Below are positions 11,786 to 24,225 of a DNA stretch of 64,000 nucleotides, one piece after another. Under the pieces are notes generated by a model. That model did no database searches. It was not told the origin of the DNA and saw only the letters and a program-made list of their open reading frames with translations. The translations under genes were made by a program, and so were the position numbers. The DNA lies in contig NC_042999.1 in NCBI RefSeq assembly GCF_006345805.1, positions 9,052,001 through 9,116,000 on the forward strand. Reading direction: 5' to 3'. The stretch's first letter is position 1, and each line of letters begins with the position of its first letter. Source of the stretch: Octopus sinensis. Taxonomy: Eukaryota.

Positions 11786-11872
11786 GACGTAGGAGTGGTT
11801 GTGTGGTAAGTAGCCTGCTTACCAACCACATGGTTTCGGATTCAGTCCCACTGCGTGGCACGTTGGGCAAAC
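11786..11872 (+). mobile_element. SINE family A head fragment
   Basis: tRNA-like head plus TTGGGCAA. Confidence 0.75.
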
Positions 11873-12024
11873 ACGAATATATTGTTTAAATAGCCACTAA
11901 ATTTAATGGTGTAAATTGGAAATAATAGTTTTATATATTAAATACATTCCTGGCAACTGGTACACATATATTAATTGCTTGTTGGAACACCATATTTCAT
12001 TATTCAACTATGATATACTAAAAG

Positions 12025-12270
12025 GGTAAAGACCCCCTTTGCAAAGTACCCCTCTGAAGCAAAAATCTGGGCAAGGTTGTTTACGGAAGACCAGCAATTG
12101 CCCATGCATACCAGCCCCCCCACTCCACACCACCAATGTTATCCAAAGGAAGGGCAAAGACCAATACAGCTTGGCACCTGTGATGTTGCAACTCATTTCT
12201 ACACCTGACTGAACTGGAGCAACGTGAAATAAAGGGTCTTGCTCAAGAACACAACACACAAGCCAGTCTG
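12025..12270 (-). mobile_element. SINE family D (headless)
   Basis: Homology to 34260-34524. Confidence 0.8.
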
Positions 12271-12344
12271 GGAATCCAGTATAGCCTCGGGCCGACCAAA
12301 GCCTTGTGAATGGATTTGGTTGAGAGAAACTGAAAGAAGCCCGT

Positions 12345-12384
<40 letters not shown>

Positions 12385-12433
12385 GATAAATCTCAGAGCG
12401 AGTTATAAACAGTAGCAGCAACACATCGTGACG

Positions 12434-12551
12434 TATATTTGCCATTTGAATATGGCTAACCCCTAAGGGTGGATGCTACTGTAGTTTGTAGCCCCAGGAG
12501 GACACCTCCTCCAGCTGGCTATAGACACACTTTCTGTGCCCTATCAGTATT
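12434..12551 (+). mobile_element. MITE-like half arm
   Basis: Reverse complement of 35346-35465; shares GCCCCAGGAG..CCAGCTGGCTAT..CTGTG with 30346. Confidence 0.6.
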
Positions 12552-12601
12552 TTTTCAAGTTATATGCGAGAAATAGATTTCCCGAATATAAAATGCTTGA
12601 A

Positions 12602-12675
<74 letters not shown>

Positions 12676-12699
12676 ATATATATACGTATGTATGTATGT

Positions 12700-12885
12700 G
12701 TGTGTGTTTGTGCCTGTGTATGTCCCCCACCATCGTTTGACAACCAGGTAAAGACACCGATAGAATAAGTACTAGGTTTCCAAAGAATAAGTCCCGGAGT
12801 CGATGTATTTGACTAAAGGCGGTGCCCCAGCATGGCCGCAGTCATACGACTGAAACAAATAAAAGAATGAAAGAATAAAAGAATA
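12700..12885 (+). mobile_element. SINE family A 3' part (middle part at 12283-12346)
   Basis: GGCGGTGCCCCAGCATGGCCGCAGTC..CTGAAACA tail. Confidence 0.75.
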
Positions 12886-13605
12886 TATTTAGCACAAGAA
12901 TATCTCAGTTGTTGAGGCTATGTTTAGCACCATCTTCTCTAATTCAGTGTTTTTGATTGGATGATCAGGTGTTAACGCTTTGTTTTTAAACTGCTGTATC
13001 TTTGTGTCAAACCTATTAGTAAATGACACTGAAGATTAAACCTACTTTGAACGTTCACCTGCCGACATGGATAAAATGCAATCAGCCCCACATTTTGTTT
13101 CTTTTTTTTTTTTTTTCAAGTTATATGCGAGAAATAGATTTCCAGAATATAAAATGCTTGAATGCATATTTTCAAATATTGGAAAGGAAATTAACATGAA
13201 AAAGTACTTAGCTAATCTGGCAAATAAGTACTTTTTGCTAAGTGACTGGTCCTTAAATTTACGCTAATGTATCGCAAACCGGATTCACTCTACATCGGAG
13301 AAAATATGGTGATATTAATTGATCTTTATGACAGAAGATGGAAAAACCACTTTACATATACACTTACACACATACACAATCCTACTGACAAATACTCGAT
13401 GTAATATAATATTACTTCATCGCCGTTGTCTTTCATGGATTCATAAATGATGGAGGACAGTTGTGCTGCAGTAAATTACTTTGAGAGGTCGGCTTAGCGT
13501 CTCAATCACGAATGAATTGTTTAATGCAATAGTTTTCGATTTCATCCGTTGACTCAAGTACGTTTTGCAAATCTTTAGAGGCTGAGGACTTCTGATTCTA
13601 TTGCT

Positions 13606-13637
13606 ATATACACACACACACACACACACACGCACAA

Positions 13638-13668
<31 letters not shown>

Positions 13669-13712
13669 CACGCACAAACACACACACACAACATACACAC
13701 ACACACACACAC

Positions 13713-13766
<54 letters not shown>

Positions 13767-13903
13767 GAATATATATAGCATTGGAATTAGATGTGTATAT
13801 ATTAGAGAGATAGATAGAGATAGATAGATAGATAGATAGATATAGAGATATATATGTGTGTGTATATAGATATAGATATGTATATATATATATATATATA
13901 TAG

Positions 13904-13968
<65 letters not shown>

Positions 13969-13980
13969 GTGTGTGTGCAT
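13606..13980. repeat. Compound (CA)/(TG)/(TA)/(GATA) microsatellite
   Basis: Directly visible. Confidence 0.95.
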
Positions 13981-14251
13981 TGTTAAACAAAGATGATAGG
14001 GAAAGGAATTGAAATGTAAATTGAAAATTGGTATTACAACATGCACACACACTCACACACGCACACACATACGCGCATACATTCACACACACACACATAT
14101 ATATATTAGAGAGAGATGTGTGTGCGTGTGTGTATGTACACATACACATACATTCGTGTTTGTGTATGTGGTCGTATGTATGTGTGTGTAATTTCGTAAT
14201 ACCAATTTTGAACTTCAATTGCAATTACTTTCCGTATCATCTTTGTTTAAG
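13981..14251. repeat. Degenerate inverted repeat enclosing CA/TG microsatellite
   Basis: 13981-14036 pairs with 14195-14251. Confidence 0.7.
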
Positions 14252-15808
14252 TATAATGTCAGAGACTGATACACGGCGTTACAAGAACGCCATAATATTT
14301 TACATGTTGTATATTCTTTTGACGTCTGCTAACTAAATTTATTCATGTGAATTAATGTCTAGAGTTCGCAGCATCAAACTAAGTTAAATATGTTTCAGTG
14401 AAGTCATCTGATTTTTTTTTCTTCTCTTCTAAAGAACAGCCAACAGTTTATTTTGCATAAATTGTATTATGCCTTCAGAAAAATTGCATGAAATCCGTAT
14501 CACTGAATATTAGTGCAAGTAGTGTAAGAAGAACATTTATGAAGAATGGTATGTAAGCTGCAATGGCGATATTCTAGATATTCTATATAATTACATGTAT
14601 GCTCACACAATGAGAATCTCTGGTTTTACTTACAAACATATCGATACCTTGGTGAAGTGATTCTTTTAATTCCTGTCAGATTAAATGTTTCTGTTTAGGT
14701 TTTAAGATAGGGAATGTGTTTTAAAGGCACTCTGCTTGCAATATTTTAGAAATATAAATAAACGAACGCTCTCGAGTCATATCTGGTCTTTAGCCAAGAA
14801 CTTAAATAGTAACTGAACTATCGTTGAAAGATATACAGATGGTATCAAAAGCTGTAAACTCTGCACTGCGGAGAAAAGTTTTCGAATGAAAATGTAACTG
14901 GGATCTTCCGATATTTGTGAATGCTAACTCGAATGTATTCAATACGTGTCGAGGTAAACTTAGCCTTTCGTCCATAAATCGATAAGACCGTGGATAGGTG
15001 GAGCTCTAAGACTGTTAGACCGGATGCATTGCAATATGTCTCCCGGCTCTTTTGCTTCTAAGATTTAAATCCGAGAGATGTAACTCAAGCGGCTTAACAC
15101 CACAACTAAGACATTATGATCCGTTAATAATGGTTACTTCACATTACTCTGTAAGGAGCGTAAGGCCGGTTTCTCGTTTTTATGGCGTATATGTTCCATA
15201 ATAAGCATTAATTTTGTTTTGTTTACCAGAAAATAAACAATATCAATGCGTACATTGCGATAGTAATTCACAGAATGTATGTTCGAGAAAGGGCAAATGG
15301 TTAAGAGAAAATCCGTTACTTAGGCAAGAGCTTACATCTAACAATAAGCAGTAGGAATCTGAATGCGTCAATATTAGAGAAAATTAATTGAAAAATCGCA
15401 TAAGCTCAGCACAAAGATACATTTTAAAAACGTCAAGGAGTTCTTACATGATTTAAGCAACACATATACGCCCTCCAAAAATAGCAACCCTATTTAAATA
15501 TCTGGTGGGGCCTTTTTCACAGTTGAAATGTTTACACACACTCTAATTATTTTCCTAGCTTATACACACTAGAATTAGTTTACTAACACACATAATGAAA
15601 ATATTAAATGAAAAAGGCACATGTTTATTATCTCTTTGCCTATATGAACGGAAATTCTTTCTCAGCTTTCGTAATCGTATCCTACCAAGAGCGAACTGAA
15701 ATATCGACGAAATATGACATGGTAATTTTTAGATAATAATAATAATGAAATTATTGTATACAGTACTCAGGTGCACCACAACTTGTCAAAAGTGCATATA
15801 AAGCATAT

Positions 15809-16110
15809 GCATCATCATCATCATCATCATCATCATCATTGTTTAACGTCCGTTTTCCATGCTAGCATGGGTTGGACGGTTCGGCTGGGATCTGGGAAGC
15901 CAGGAGGCTGCACCAGGCTCCAGTCTGATCTGACAGTGTTTCTACAGCTGGATGCCCTTCCTAACGCCAACCACTCCGTGAGTGTAGTGGGTGCTATTTA
16001 CGTGCCACCGGCACAGGTGCCAGGGGAGGCTGCCAACGGCCACGATCGGTTGGTGCTTTTTACGTGCCACCGGCACGGAGGCCTGTCGAGGTGGGGCTGG
16101 CAACGGTCAC
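15809..16110 (-). mobile_element. RTE-type 3'-tail element/SINE ending in (ATG)n
   Basis: Minus strand GGTTGGCGTTAGGAAGGGCATCCAGCTG..AAAACGGACGTTAAAC + (GAT)n tail. Confidence 0.6.
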
Positions 16111-16117
16111 GTACACA

Positions 16118-16346
16118 TGTCAGGAAAGTGAACAGTGAATGAGTCAGATACATGCTTGCGTATATATGGAAGTGTAGTGTTGGCGAATCTCAGGAAGCAT
16201 GGAATTTTTGAAGGATGCAGTGCTCCGACAACTAACAACTGATGCTGGCAGTTTGTTCCATGCTTCAGCAAATCTTAGCGTGAAAACATGTTTCCGAACG
16301 TCAGGGGAGCTGTGCTGTTTTCTGACTTTGTAAACATCTCACACGT
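16118..16346 (-). mobile_element. CR1-type LINE 3' end (second family)
   Basis: Minus-strand translation YKVRKQHSSPDVRKHVFTLRFAEAWNKLPASVVSCRSTASFKNSML. Confidence 0.8.
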
Positions 16347-16458
16347 AAATTCATGAAATGCATGTAGAATAACGTTACAATTACATTGCACAACTTGTGA
16401 AATATGTTATGCATCATAGGTGTGTGTGACTCCGTGTATGTTTCGCGCGTGCATGTAT

Positions 16459-16500
<42 letters not shown>

Positions 16501-16608
16501 GTGCGTGAGTGCCATTATATGCATGATCGCAACTTTGCAGCTGAAACATATAAAAATAAAATATATATATATATACTTTATTTAAAAGCAGCAGAAATAT
16601 AATAAGAG

Positions 16609-16646
16609 CTGTTACTCAGAGTTTCACGTTCCCGTTCGTCGGACAG
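16609..16646 (-). ncRNA. Hammerhead motif, U4C core variant
   Basis: Minus strand reads CTGT-CCGACGA-ACG ggaa CGT-GAAA-CTCTGAGT-A-ACAG. Confidence 0.7.
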
Positions 16647-16663
16647 TTTTTTTTTTAGCAGAA

Positions 16664-16701
16664 CTGTCCGACGAAGGGGAAAGTGAAACTCTGAGTAACA
16701 G
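16664..16701 (+). ncRNA. Hammerhead motif, U4C core variant, stem II degenerate
   Basis: CTGT-CCGACGA-AGGGGAAAGT-GAAA-CTCTGAGT-A-ACAG. Confidence 0.55.
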
Positions 16702-16806
16702 CTTTTGTTATATTTCTACTGCTTTTATATAAAGCATATACTCTAACTCTGGTATTTGAGTTCTCTTTTTCCACCTTGTTTCACATTATGTGTTTACTCC
16801 GGTTAT

Positions 16807-16841
<35 letters not shown>

Positions 16842-16884
16842 TATATAATATATATATATATATATACACTATGGAAGCAATTTA

Positions 16885-17507
16885 TCTGCAGCCGACTGGA
16901 CTATGCGCTCAGCTATGGTCACCTTATACTACAAGGACGATAGCAGAGCTTGAAGCAGTCCAACGACATTACACAAAGAAAATTGCATCAATGGAACGAC
17001 TGAGCTACTGGGACAGATTGAAAGAGCTACGACTCTGTTCCCTGGAACGAAGGCGGGAGAGGTATGCAGTGAGATAGATAGATATATATATATATGGAAG
17101 ATACTGGAAGGACTGGTACCAAACTTTGGAATAAAGAGCTATACCAGACCATGAATAAGGCGTCACTGTGTTCTTACCACTGTGCCGACTGCTTCATCTG
17201 GGGCAAGGACGATGTACTGCAATAGCTTTGGTTTCAGGAGACCACAACTGTTTAATTGTCTTCCGAAGCATCTGAGGAGCCACCATGGAGTGAATGTAGA
17301 CGTTTTCAAACGTGAACTTGACTTCTGGCTCCCCAAAATCCCGGATGAGCCAAAATCTAGGCAAGAAACTCAAAAGAGGGCAGTAACATCGAAATCCATC
17401 CTTCACCAAAAGCCTCTCCGACAAAACTGAAAATGGAAAGATGATCGCAACAATGGCGGTGCTCCAGCATGGCCACAGTCATTGGACTGAAACATATAAA
17501 AGAAATA
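16885..17507 (+). mobile_element. CR1/L2-group LINE 3' end (degenerate)
   Basis: QLWSPY..LEAVQRHYTKKI..LSYWDRLKEL.L.SLERRRERY; IWKILEGLVPN; LFNCLPKHLR..FKRELD..PDEP..SILHQK; then a GGCGGTGCTCCAGCATGGCC tail. Confidence 0.9.
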
Positions 17508-17891
17508 TATAAACATACATATATGTGTGTGTGTGTGGGCATGTATAAATATATATAATGTATATATACGTTTAAAAGATTGAGATTAATGTAAAAAATA
17601 AATAAATGAAGCAAAATAACACCAAATATATAGTGCGTGTGTTTTATTGGCTAAACTGGCAAAAGACCATTCCGAAATATAACAATGTATATATATATGT
17701 ATATATATTATTTATAACTCGAATTATTACGAATTGGACAGCCATGAACGATCGTAGTGTTTTACACATTATCTTTTTTTATAAACTTTTAATAATTGTG
17801 ATAGTATTTAAGATAATATAATTAATTAATTTTATGTATGGCTTAATTTTTCATTGTTTGATTTGCCTAATAGTGGTTTATCTCTAATTCA

Positions 17892-17941
<50 letters not shown>

Positions 17942-17986
17942 TATATATATATATATATATATATAATATACATATATGTGTGTATG

Positions 17987-18037
<51 letters not shown>

Positions 18038-18333
18038 GCCTACATGTTTGTATATATGTTGTAGACATGGGTACAGAATCGGCAGCAGTTAAAATATGAC
18101 TCAAGGGGCTGAGGGTTTCGTTCATAAACACTTATCGAACGCTGGGTGTTGTTGTCACATTGTGATTTCAGCCGATTAAATTTTTTTTATATCTTGTTTT
18201 GATTACTGTTTGACGTGTTTGCAGAACGAAAGCTATATACATAAACGAGAACTGCGTTTTTGGGTCGGGTGGAGGCTATTTCGAAGCAGGCACATAATGC
18301 AATAAAAGATAATGTTAATATTGTGTTGAAACT

Positions 18334-18532
18334 AAGGCGGCGAGCTGGCAGAACCGTTAGCACGCCGGGCGAAATGCGTAGCCGTATTTCATCTGCCGCT
18401 ACGTTCTGAGTTCAAATTCCGCCGAGGTCGACTTTGCCTTTCATCCTAAATTAAGTACCAGTTGCGTACTGGGGTTAATCTAATTGACTGGCATCCTCTA
18501 TAAAAATTTCGGGGCTTGTGCCTAGAGAAGAA
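18334..18532 (+). mobile_element. SINE family B (alternative tail)
   Basis: Homology; ends GTGCCTAGAGAAG. Confidence 0.85.
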
Positions 18533-18905
18533 ACTCCATTTTAGATTGAAAATGCCGAAAGTTATCTCCACATTTTTTCATACATTGGTTATCCTTATGC
18601 AGTAAATATAAAATTATTTTTCTCTATATCTACTCCTTAATTGCCACTACAAGAGTTAAACACGAATACTTCTGTAAATATTTCGATATTTAGAGACACA
18701 GCACGCAACAATACAGCTGTGTGAAAATTTGAAACGTTAATCTCGAATTACAACGAAATTTTTTCAGATTACTTTCAAATGTTATCAAAATTTATGAAAG
18801 TGCAATAATAAAACCTGCCATATATTACATTACCTTAAATTTGTCTGTGAATATGCTAAATGGAAAGCAAGCATTAGTTTCTCATTTGCTTTTCATTTAT
18901 TTTCA

Positions 18906-18946
<41 letters not shown>

Positions 18947-18948
<2 letters not shown>

Positions 18949-19087
18949 TATGTTCTGAAGAGAAGAGCTCCGCTCGAAACGTTAAATCCTCCTTCTTTCT
19001 TTCCTTTCCTGAGCGTCCAATAACACTATACTGTTCCACGTCCTCGCGTTGTTGGTTTCTCTTTGTGTTTTCATGTTTGAATTAACT
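18947..19087 (+). mobile_element. Related short pLTR-like repeat with HHR-like motif, between (TA)n tracts
   Basis: CTGAAGAGAA-GAGC tcc GCTC-GAAACGT..CCTGAGCGTC.. Confidence 0.5.
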
Positions 19088-19912
19088 ATATATATATATA
19101 TATATATATATACGGCAAATAAGAAATTAGAATGTCTACAGGCTGATGTATGTCGTTTTGGTATCCTCTCCATTTTCTTATAAATTAAGGGCAAAGGACA
19201 TTTTATCCCCGCCCATATGTGACACTCAATTGCGAGATTTCCACGCAATAACCAGCATACGAGCTACCAATAGTTTCATGCCTTGGGGATATGAGTTTAG
19301 GCAGGTTTTTATAACAGGCTATGTGTCTCCAAGCAATCTCGAGCTCTGAGTCCTTGCCCTATTTATTTGACAATCAAGACGCTTGTACATGAAAAATCAC
19401 GAAATAGAGACGAGTAGAAAAACGTTAAAAAACGCATATATATTTATGTGTGTGTGTATGCGTATGTATATCTATGCATATATGGGTACATAATATATAT
19501 ATGTATGTGTATGTGTGTGTGTGTGATGTGTGTATGCGTGCGTGCATAAGGTACACGGCTCATTACCATGCATGGATTCTTTATTATATATGTGACAAGT
19601 TAAACTCTGCTACTCGGATATTGCACAGATGTACCAAATATAATATTGCACATTCCTAAAGTTATAACCGGAGGAATAGAGCCGAATACATATGAAATAA
19701 TGACAGGAGGCAATGAATTGTTATTTCGAATCCTTCATTGGTAAGACACGCTTCAAAAGATTTACATATTTCTCATCAGCCGAGGTTATTGAACTATGGC
19801 GAAAGGTCTCTAGTGTCACTCTTACATACTATCAAATCTAAATAACAATAAGGATACGAATAAAACAAAACGAAGAATAAAATATATGCTCTGAACCAAT
19901 AAAACAAAATAC

Positions 19913-19947
19913 AATAATAATAACAATAATAATAATAATAACAATAA

Positions 19948-20000
<53 letters not shown>

Positions 20001-20021
20001 TATTAATAATAATAATAATAA
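19913..20021. repeat. (AAT)n microsatellite
   Basis: Directly visible. Confidence 0.95.
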
Positions 20022-20430
20022 AAGAGTATGGATTACACAGGCAATAGTCCCAGGTTGATCTCTAATTAAATATGTAATTAACCCCAAACGGCAGAAATAT
20101 TACCTACGAAGATAGTTTTTCATATACGTAGCAAAGTTATATTGATTGAATCGTAGTATCTGCTTGCAAAATAATTATAAATTAATAAAGCGACTGTATA
20201 GTGAGGTTATAATGACACGAGATATAACAGGACAATTGGTCGTTGATATGTTTTAAGGATGAATATATAGGCAAGAGAGATAAGCATTGTGGAAGCACGA
20301 CCGAGTTTCAGATGAGTGTTCAAAATCGCAACGTTTAGCCCAACTCAAGTGTAAGCAACACGTGAAATAGTAAAGAGCTTAGAAGTCCATTCAGATTCGA
20401 AGAGGCCAGGGAACGGAAGAAAGAAGGAGA

Positions 20431-20600
20431 AAGAAGACATGCACCCAACACCAGAGCTGAAGACACCTCCGAAAGTATGGTGGGGTGGGGCGCCACATCA
20501 AAACGGTAGAGGAGTAGGGGCCGAAACCGGACGTGGTTCCTCCTGATGATGTCTTGAGCTAATTGGATCCTATAAAGGAGCTGTTGCGGTAGCAGACCAC
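20431..20600 (+). repeat. Inverted diverged copy of 22122-22285
   Basis: CCAGAGCTGA..AAAACGGTAGAGGAGTAGGG.CCGAAACCGGACGTGGTTCCTCC..GGATCCTATAAAGGAGCTGTTG. Confidence 0.8.
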
Positions 20601-20652
20601 GAAGGACGGTTGTAATTTCTCGAGGTGGAGATCAGATACTTCTTCAATTTTT

Positions 20653-20865
20653 TCTTTTACTTGTTTCAGTCATTAGACTGCGGCCAAGTTGGGGCACCGC
20701 CTTAAAGAATATGTTGTTTTTTTTTCAAATGAATCGAGCCTAGTACTTATTTTAAAGCCTGATAGCTGTCTTCTGTCGGTATATTTTGCGGAGCCGCTAA
20801 GTTACGAGGACGTAAACACACCAACACTGGTTGTCAAGCGGTGGTGGAAGAACAGACTGACACAA
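20653..20865 (-). mobile_element. SINE family A 3' part
   Basis: Tail homology. Confidence 0.75.
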
Positions 20866-20940
20866 ACGTACGCACGCACACACACACACACACAACACAC
20901 ACACACACACATATACATATCTATATATAGCTAGCACAAC

Positions 20941-21215
20941 GAGGGTTCCAGTTGATCTAAACAATGGAACAGCCTGCTCGTGAGATTAATGTGTATGTGG
21001 CTGAGTACTCCACGGATACCTGTATCCTTAACGTAGTTTCTCAAAGAGATTCAACATGACACAGAGTGTGACAAGGCTGGCACTTGGAAATATAGGTCTT
21101 ACTCACACTTACCAGCCGAGTGGGTTGGAGTAACGTGAAACAAAAAGTCTTGCTCAAAGACACAGCACCCGTCCGGCAATCAAACTCACGATCCTGAGCC
21201 GAATACCCGAATCAC
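20941..21215 (-). mobile_element. SINE family E (degenerate)
   Basis: C tail + D core. Confidence 0.7.
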
Positions 21216-21577
21216 TATGTTACGGGGACATAAACACACCAGCATCGGTTGTCAAGCGATGGCAGGAGGACAAACACAGACACACAAATATATATATATA
21301 AATAGTTATATATATATAATATTTATATATATATAAATACTTATATAGATAAATATATATTATATATATATATTATATATATTATATATATATATATTAT
21401 ATATACATACATACAACGAGCTTCTTTCAGTTTCCGTCTACCAAATCCACTCATAATACTTTGGTCGGCCCAAGGCTATAGAAGAAGACATTTGCCTAAG
21501 GTGCCACGTAGTGGCACTGAACCCGGAACCATGTGGTTGGGAAGCAAGCTTCTTACCACACAGCCACTCCTGCGCCT
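21216..21577 (-). mobile_element. SINE family A (tail truncated)
   Basis: Head and core homology. Confidence 0.85.
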
Positions 21578-21595
21578 ATATATACTTTATTGTTA

Positions 21596-21722
21596 TAGCT
21601 GCAAAAACATCACAAAAACTGCTACTCAGAGTTTCACGTTCCCATTCGTCCGATAGTTTTGATTGTTTACTACCATCTTTCTACCGACGAACAGGAACGT
21701 GTAACTCTGGGTAGTAGTACAT
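21596..21722. mobile_element. Older degenerate copy of the 16578 fold-back HHR element
   Basis: CTACTCAGAGTTTCACGTTCCCATTCGTCCG ... CCGACGAACAGGAACGTGTAACTCTGGGTAG. Confidence 0.65.
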
Positions 21723-22121
21723 ATTTAGTTTTGAAGTTGATAGATCGAAATTCAATCAATATAGCTTTGGTAGCTCTATCACTAAAATTGCATCATTTCA
21801 GTTTTATGTTGTTTGACTTACCTGTTTATTGTTAAATCTCTACAGTGTATATATGTGTATATATGTTGCTTAATTGTTTGTCGATAAAATATATACCACG
21901 CTAAATAAATACCTCATGCTTTGCGTACATAATTATAAGTACTTAGCTGGTTTGTTTGCGTAGGTGTATCTGTACGTTAGCTTGTCCGTATGTGTGGGTA
22001 TGGGTCTGCATATAAATGTCGAGATGCATCTGTGCACACGTGTTTATATGTATGCGTCTTATTGTGGGAATGGAATGTCTGCATTTGACACTGTAATGGA
22101 GGAATGCCCAACCAGGTTTCC

Positions 22122-22425
22122 TGGTTCGCTACCTCAACAGCTCCTTTATAGGATCCTGTGGCTAAGGACATCATCGGGAGGAACCACGTCCGGTTTCGGT
22201 CCCTACTCCTCTACCGTTTTCAACGTGGCAGAGTAACCTATTTCGGGGGTGTTTTCAGCTCTGGCGTTGAATGTATTTTTTTTGCCTATTTCTTTGGCCG
22301 TTTTTTCTTTGGTTTCTTCGATGCAGCGTCAATGAATGACAGCGGGCGAATGACCACCACGCCAAATCTTCTTCTAAATACACGCCGGTAGGATCCAGCA
22401 GCCAGTGCCGGCTAACTGTCACGTG
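22122..22425 (-). mobile_element. LTR-like repeat (copy 1)
   Basis: Part repeated inverted at 20431-20600 and directly at 22816-22965; contains a TATAAA motif. Confidence 0.4.
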
Positions 22426-22815
22426 ACACAATCTACTGACTAATAGAGGGGAAGGGCGCGTACTTTTGACCCGAATTCTCTTTAGACCCTACCTTCCAAC
22501 AGAGTCGTGTTTCTGTTCCAGCAGCCAGACCCGACAAGCTGTCTGGTGGTAACAGGCTTTGAACTATCGAGGAGGAGGGCACGGAAAGGAACGAGATGGT
22601 TCCGTTGGACCATCTGACAAGCAGCATAAATTTTGATGTCACTGCGAGTAATAAATCTTGTCAATAACTCTTCCCCTGTCGGCCTGTAGTCTAACCTCGA
22701 TTCGGCTCTAACTCAAGCGATCATGAATTTATGGTCTTTGTATCCCAATATAGTTGTAATTTCAAACCGCTAAACCGGATATAAATTGTCCTATCAACTT
22801 GATATAGTTATATAT

Positions 22816-22965
22816 CTGGCGTTGAGTGTATTTTTTCCCTATTTCTTTGGCCGTTTTTTCTTTGGTTTCTTCGATGCAGCGTCAATGAATGTCAACGGGC
22901 GAATGACCACCCCGCCAAATTTTCTTCTAATACACGCCGGTAGGATCCAACAGCCAGTGCCGGCT
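22816..22965 (-). repeat. Direct repeat of 22261-22413
   Basis: About 150 bp, high identity by eye. Confidence 0.85.
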
Positions 22966-23154
22966 GTTAGTGCTATTTTTATTGCTTATATTATATTTTT
23001 TATTTATTTAATTTTTTTTCTTTTGTAATTTCGTATTTTTGTAATTGGCAATTTGATCCTGATTTTGTATTTAATCCGTTAATCTGCTTTTACATTTCGG
23101 CACATTTTGGTTACATAAAGGTGGTATTAAAGGCCTGTAGTCATAGCTGATATA

Positions 23155-23209
23155 TTTAGCTGAAGAAGTGGTTTTGTGGATAGAATATTATTGAAACGAC
23201 TGTACAAAG
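23155..23209 (+). ncRNA. Degenerate hammerhead motif
   Basis: TTTAG-CTGAAGA-AGTGGT..ATTATT-GAAA-CGACTGT-A-CAAAG. Stem II is mostly G-U pairs and stem I has one mismatch. Confidence 0.4.
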
Positions 23210-24225
23210 GAAGAATTCGAACGAACAGTATTTCATTTTTTGTCATTATTTTAACCACACAGAATTCCTGTTAAAGTAAGATCAACAAAAAAGTACTTCA
23301 TGCAGTGAGAGATAAATATCATTTAATATACGAAGTATAAAGGTATGAGTTACTAATAGTTACTTGTCTGAAGACACGGGTCTAGGCAGCTTTTTATAAG
23401 TATTGTGTCTCCAGTGCAAGAAACTATTCGTAGCTCGTGTTTTTATACTTTGTACATTAAATGATATACATATCTATAAATAACTATTTTGGCCAGCATC
23501 AGAGTAGATGTGTCAAACTGTGGGCCAGCATGTTTTGGTATACATTGTACTCTAACAGAGTAACCAACGAATATAACGCATGCGCTGTGAATGTCTTTCA
23601 TACACGACTTAAGAATTATTTCAAGGATTACTTTAACTGAACAGCTAATCGCTCGTCTTCTTCTACAGACATAATCTTGTTCATATTTTGTCTTTCTAAT
23701 CCATAATCAATACTATAATGTTTTGGTAATTCTCAGATGAAAGCTGATTAATTTTTCAGGTGGTTACTGATGCATTTGTCTATAATATTGTAATACATTA
23801 TCATCTTCATACAGTAATCTGCTCTCTTGGGTTTCCTTTCTAGCTATCATCGCATAATACAGCATCTTTAACCTCGTGTTTCTACATTAATATTTATGAG
23901 TAGTGCTTCAGGTTTTACCTCCAGGCTTCGATTTAATATATCGTTAATGTTCTTCAGATTCAATTTTATTCCACATCATATCTTAAGTAATGAAATTATG
24001 TATATGAAGCCTTAACACTGTAGGACTATCGTTTTGTCTCTTGTACATTGTGCTGAATCTAAAATTGCGGTTTCATTAACAGCACAATGTTGATTAATAT
24101 TAATTTCAGTTCGTATGTAAATGCTTGTATGAGCGCCATTTTATCTCTGAATACAGCAATTTACATCTATTTACACAAAATTGTATCTATTTAATGAACT
24201 GCTTTCTAAATATTTAGAGGACAAA

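Larger units (their letters stand above)
16578..16806 (+). mobile_element. Fold-back PLE pLTR remnant with two inverted HHR motifs
   Basis: Arms about 16578-16650 and 16661-16733, a 73-nt unpaired tail, and (TA)n at both ends. Confidence 0.7.

Noticed and set aside
20453-20480. CTGAAGA-CACCTCC-GAAA and CTGATGA at 20544 as hammerheads
   Set aside because: No stem II pairing and no valid stem III/UH.
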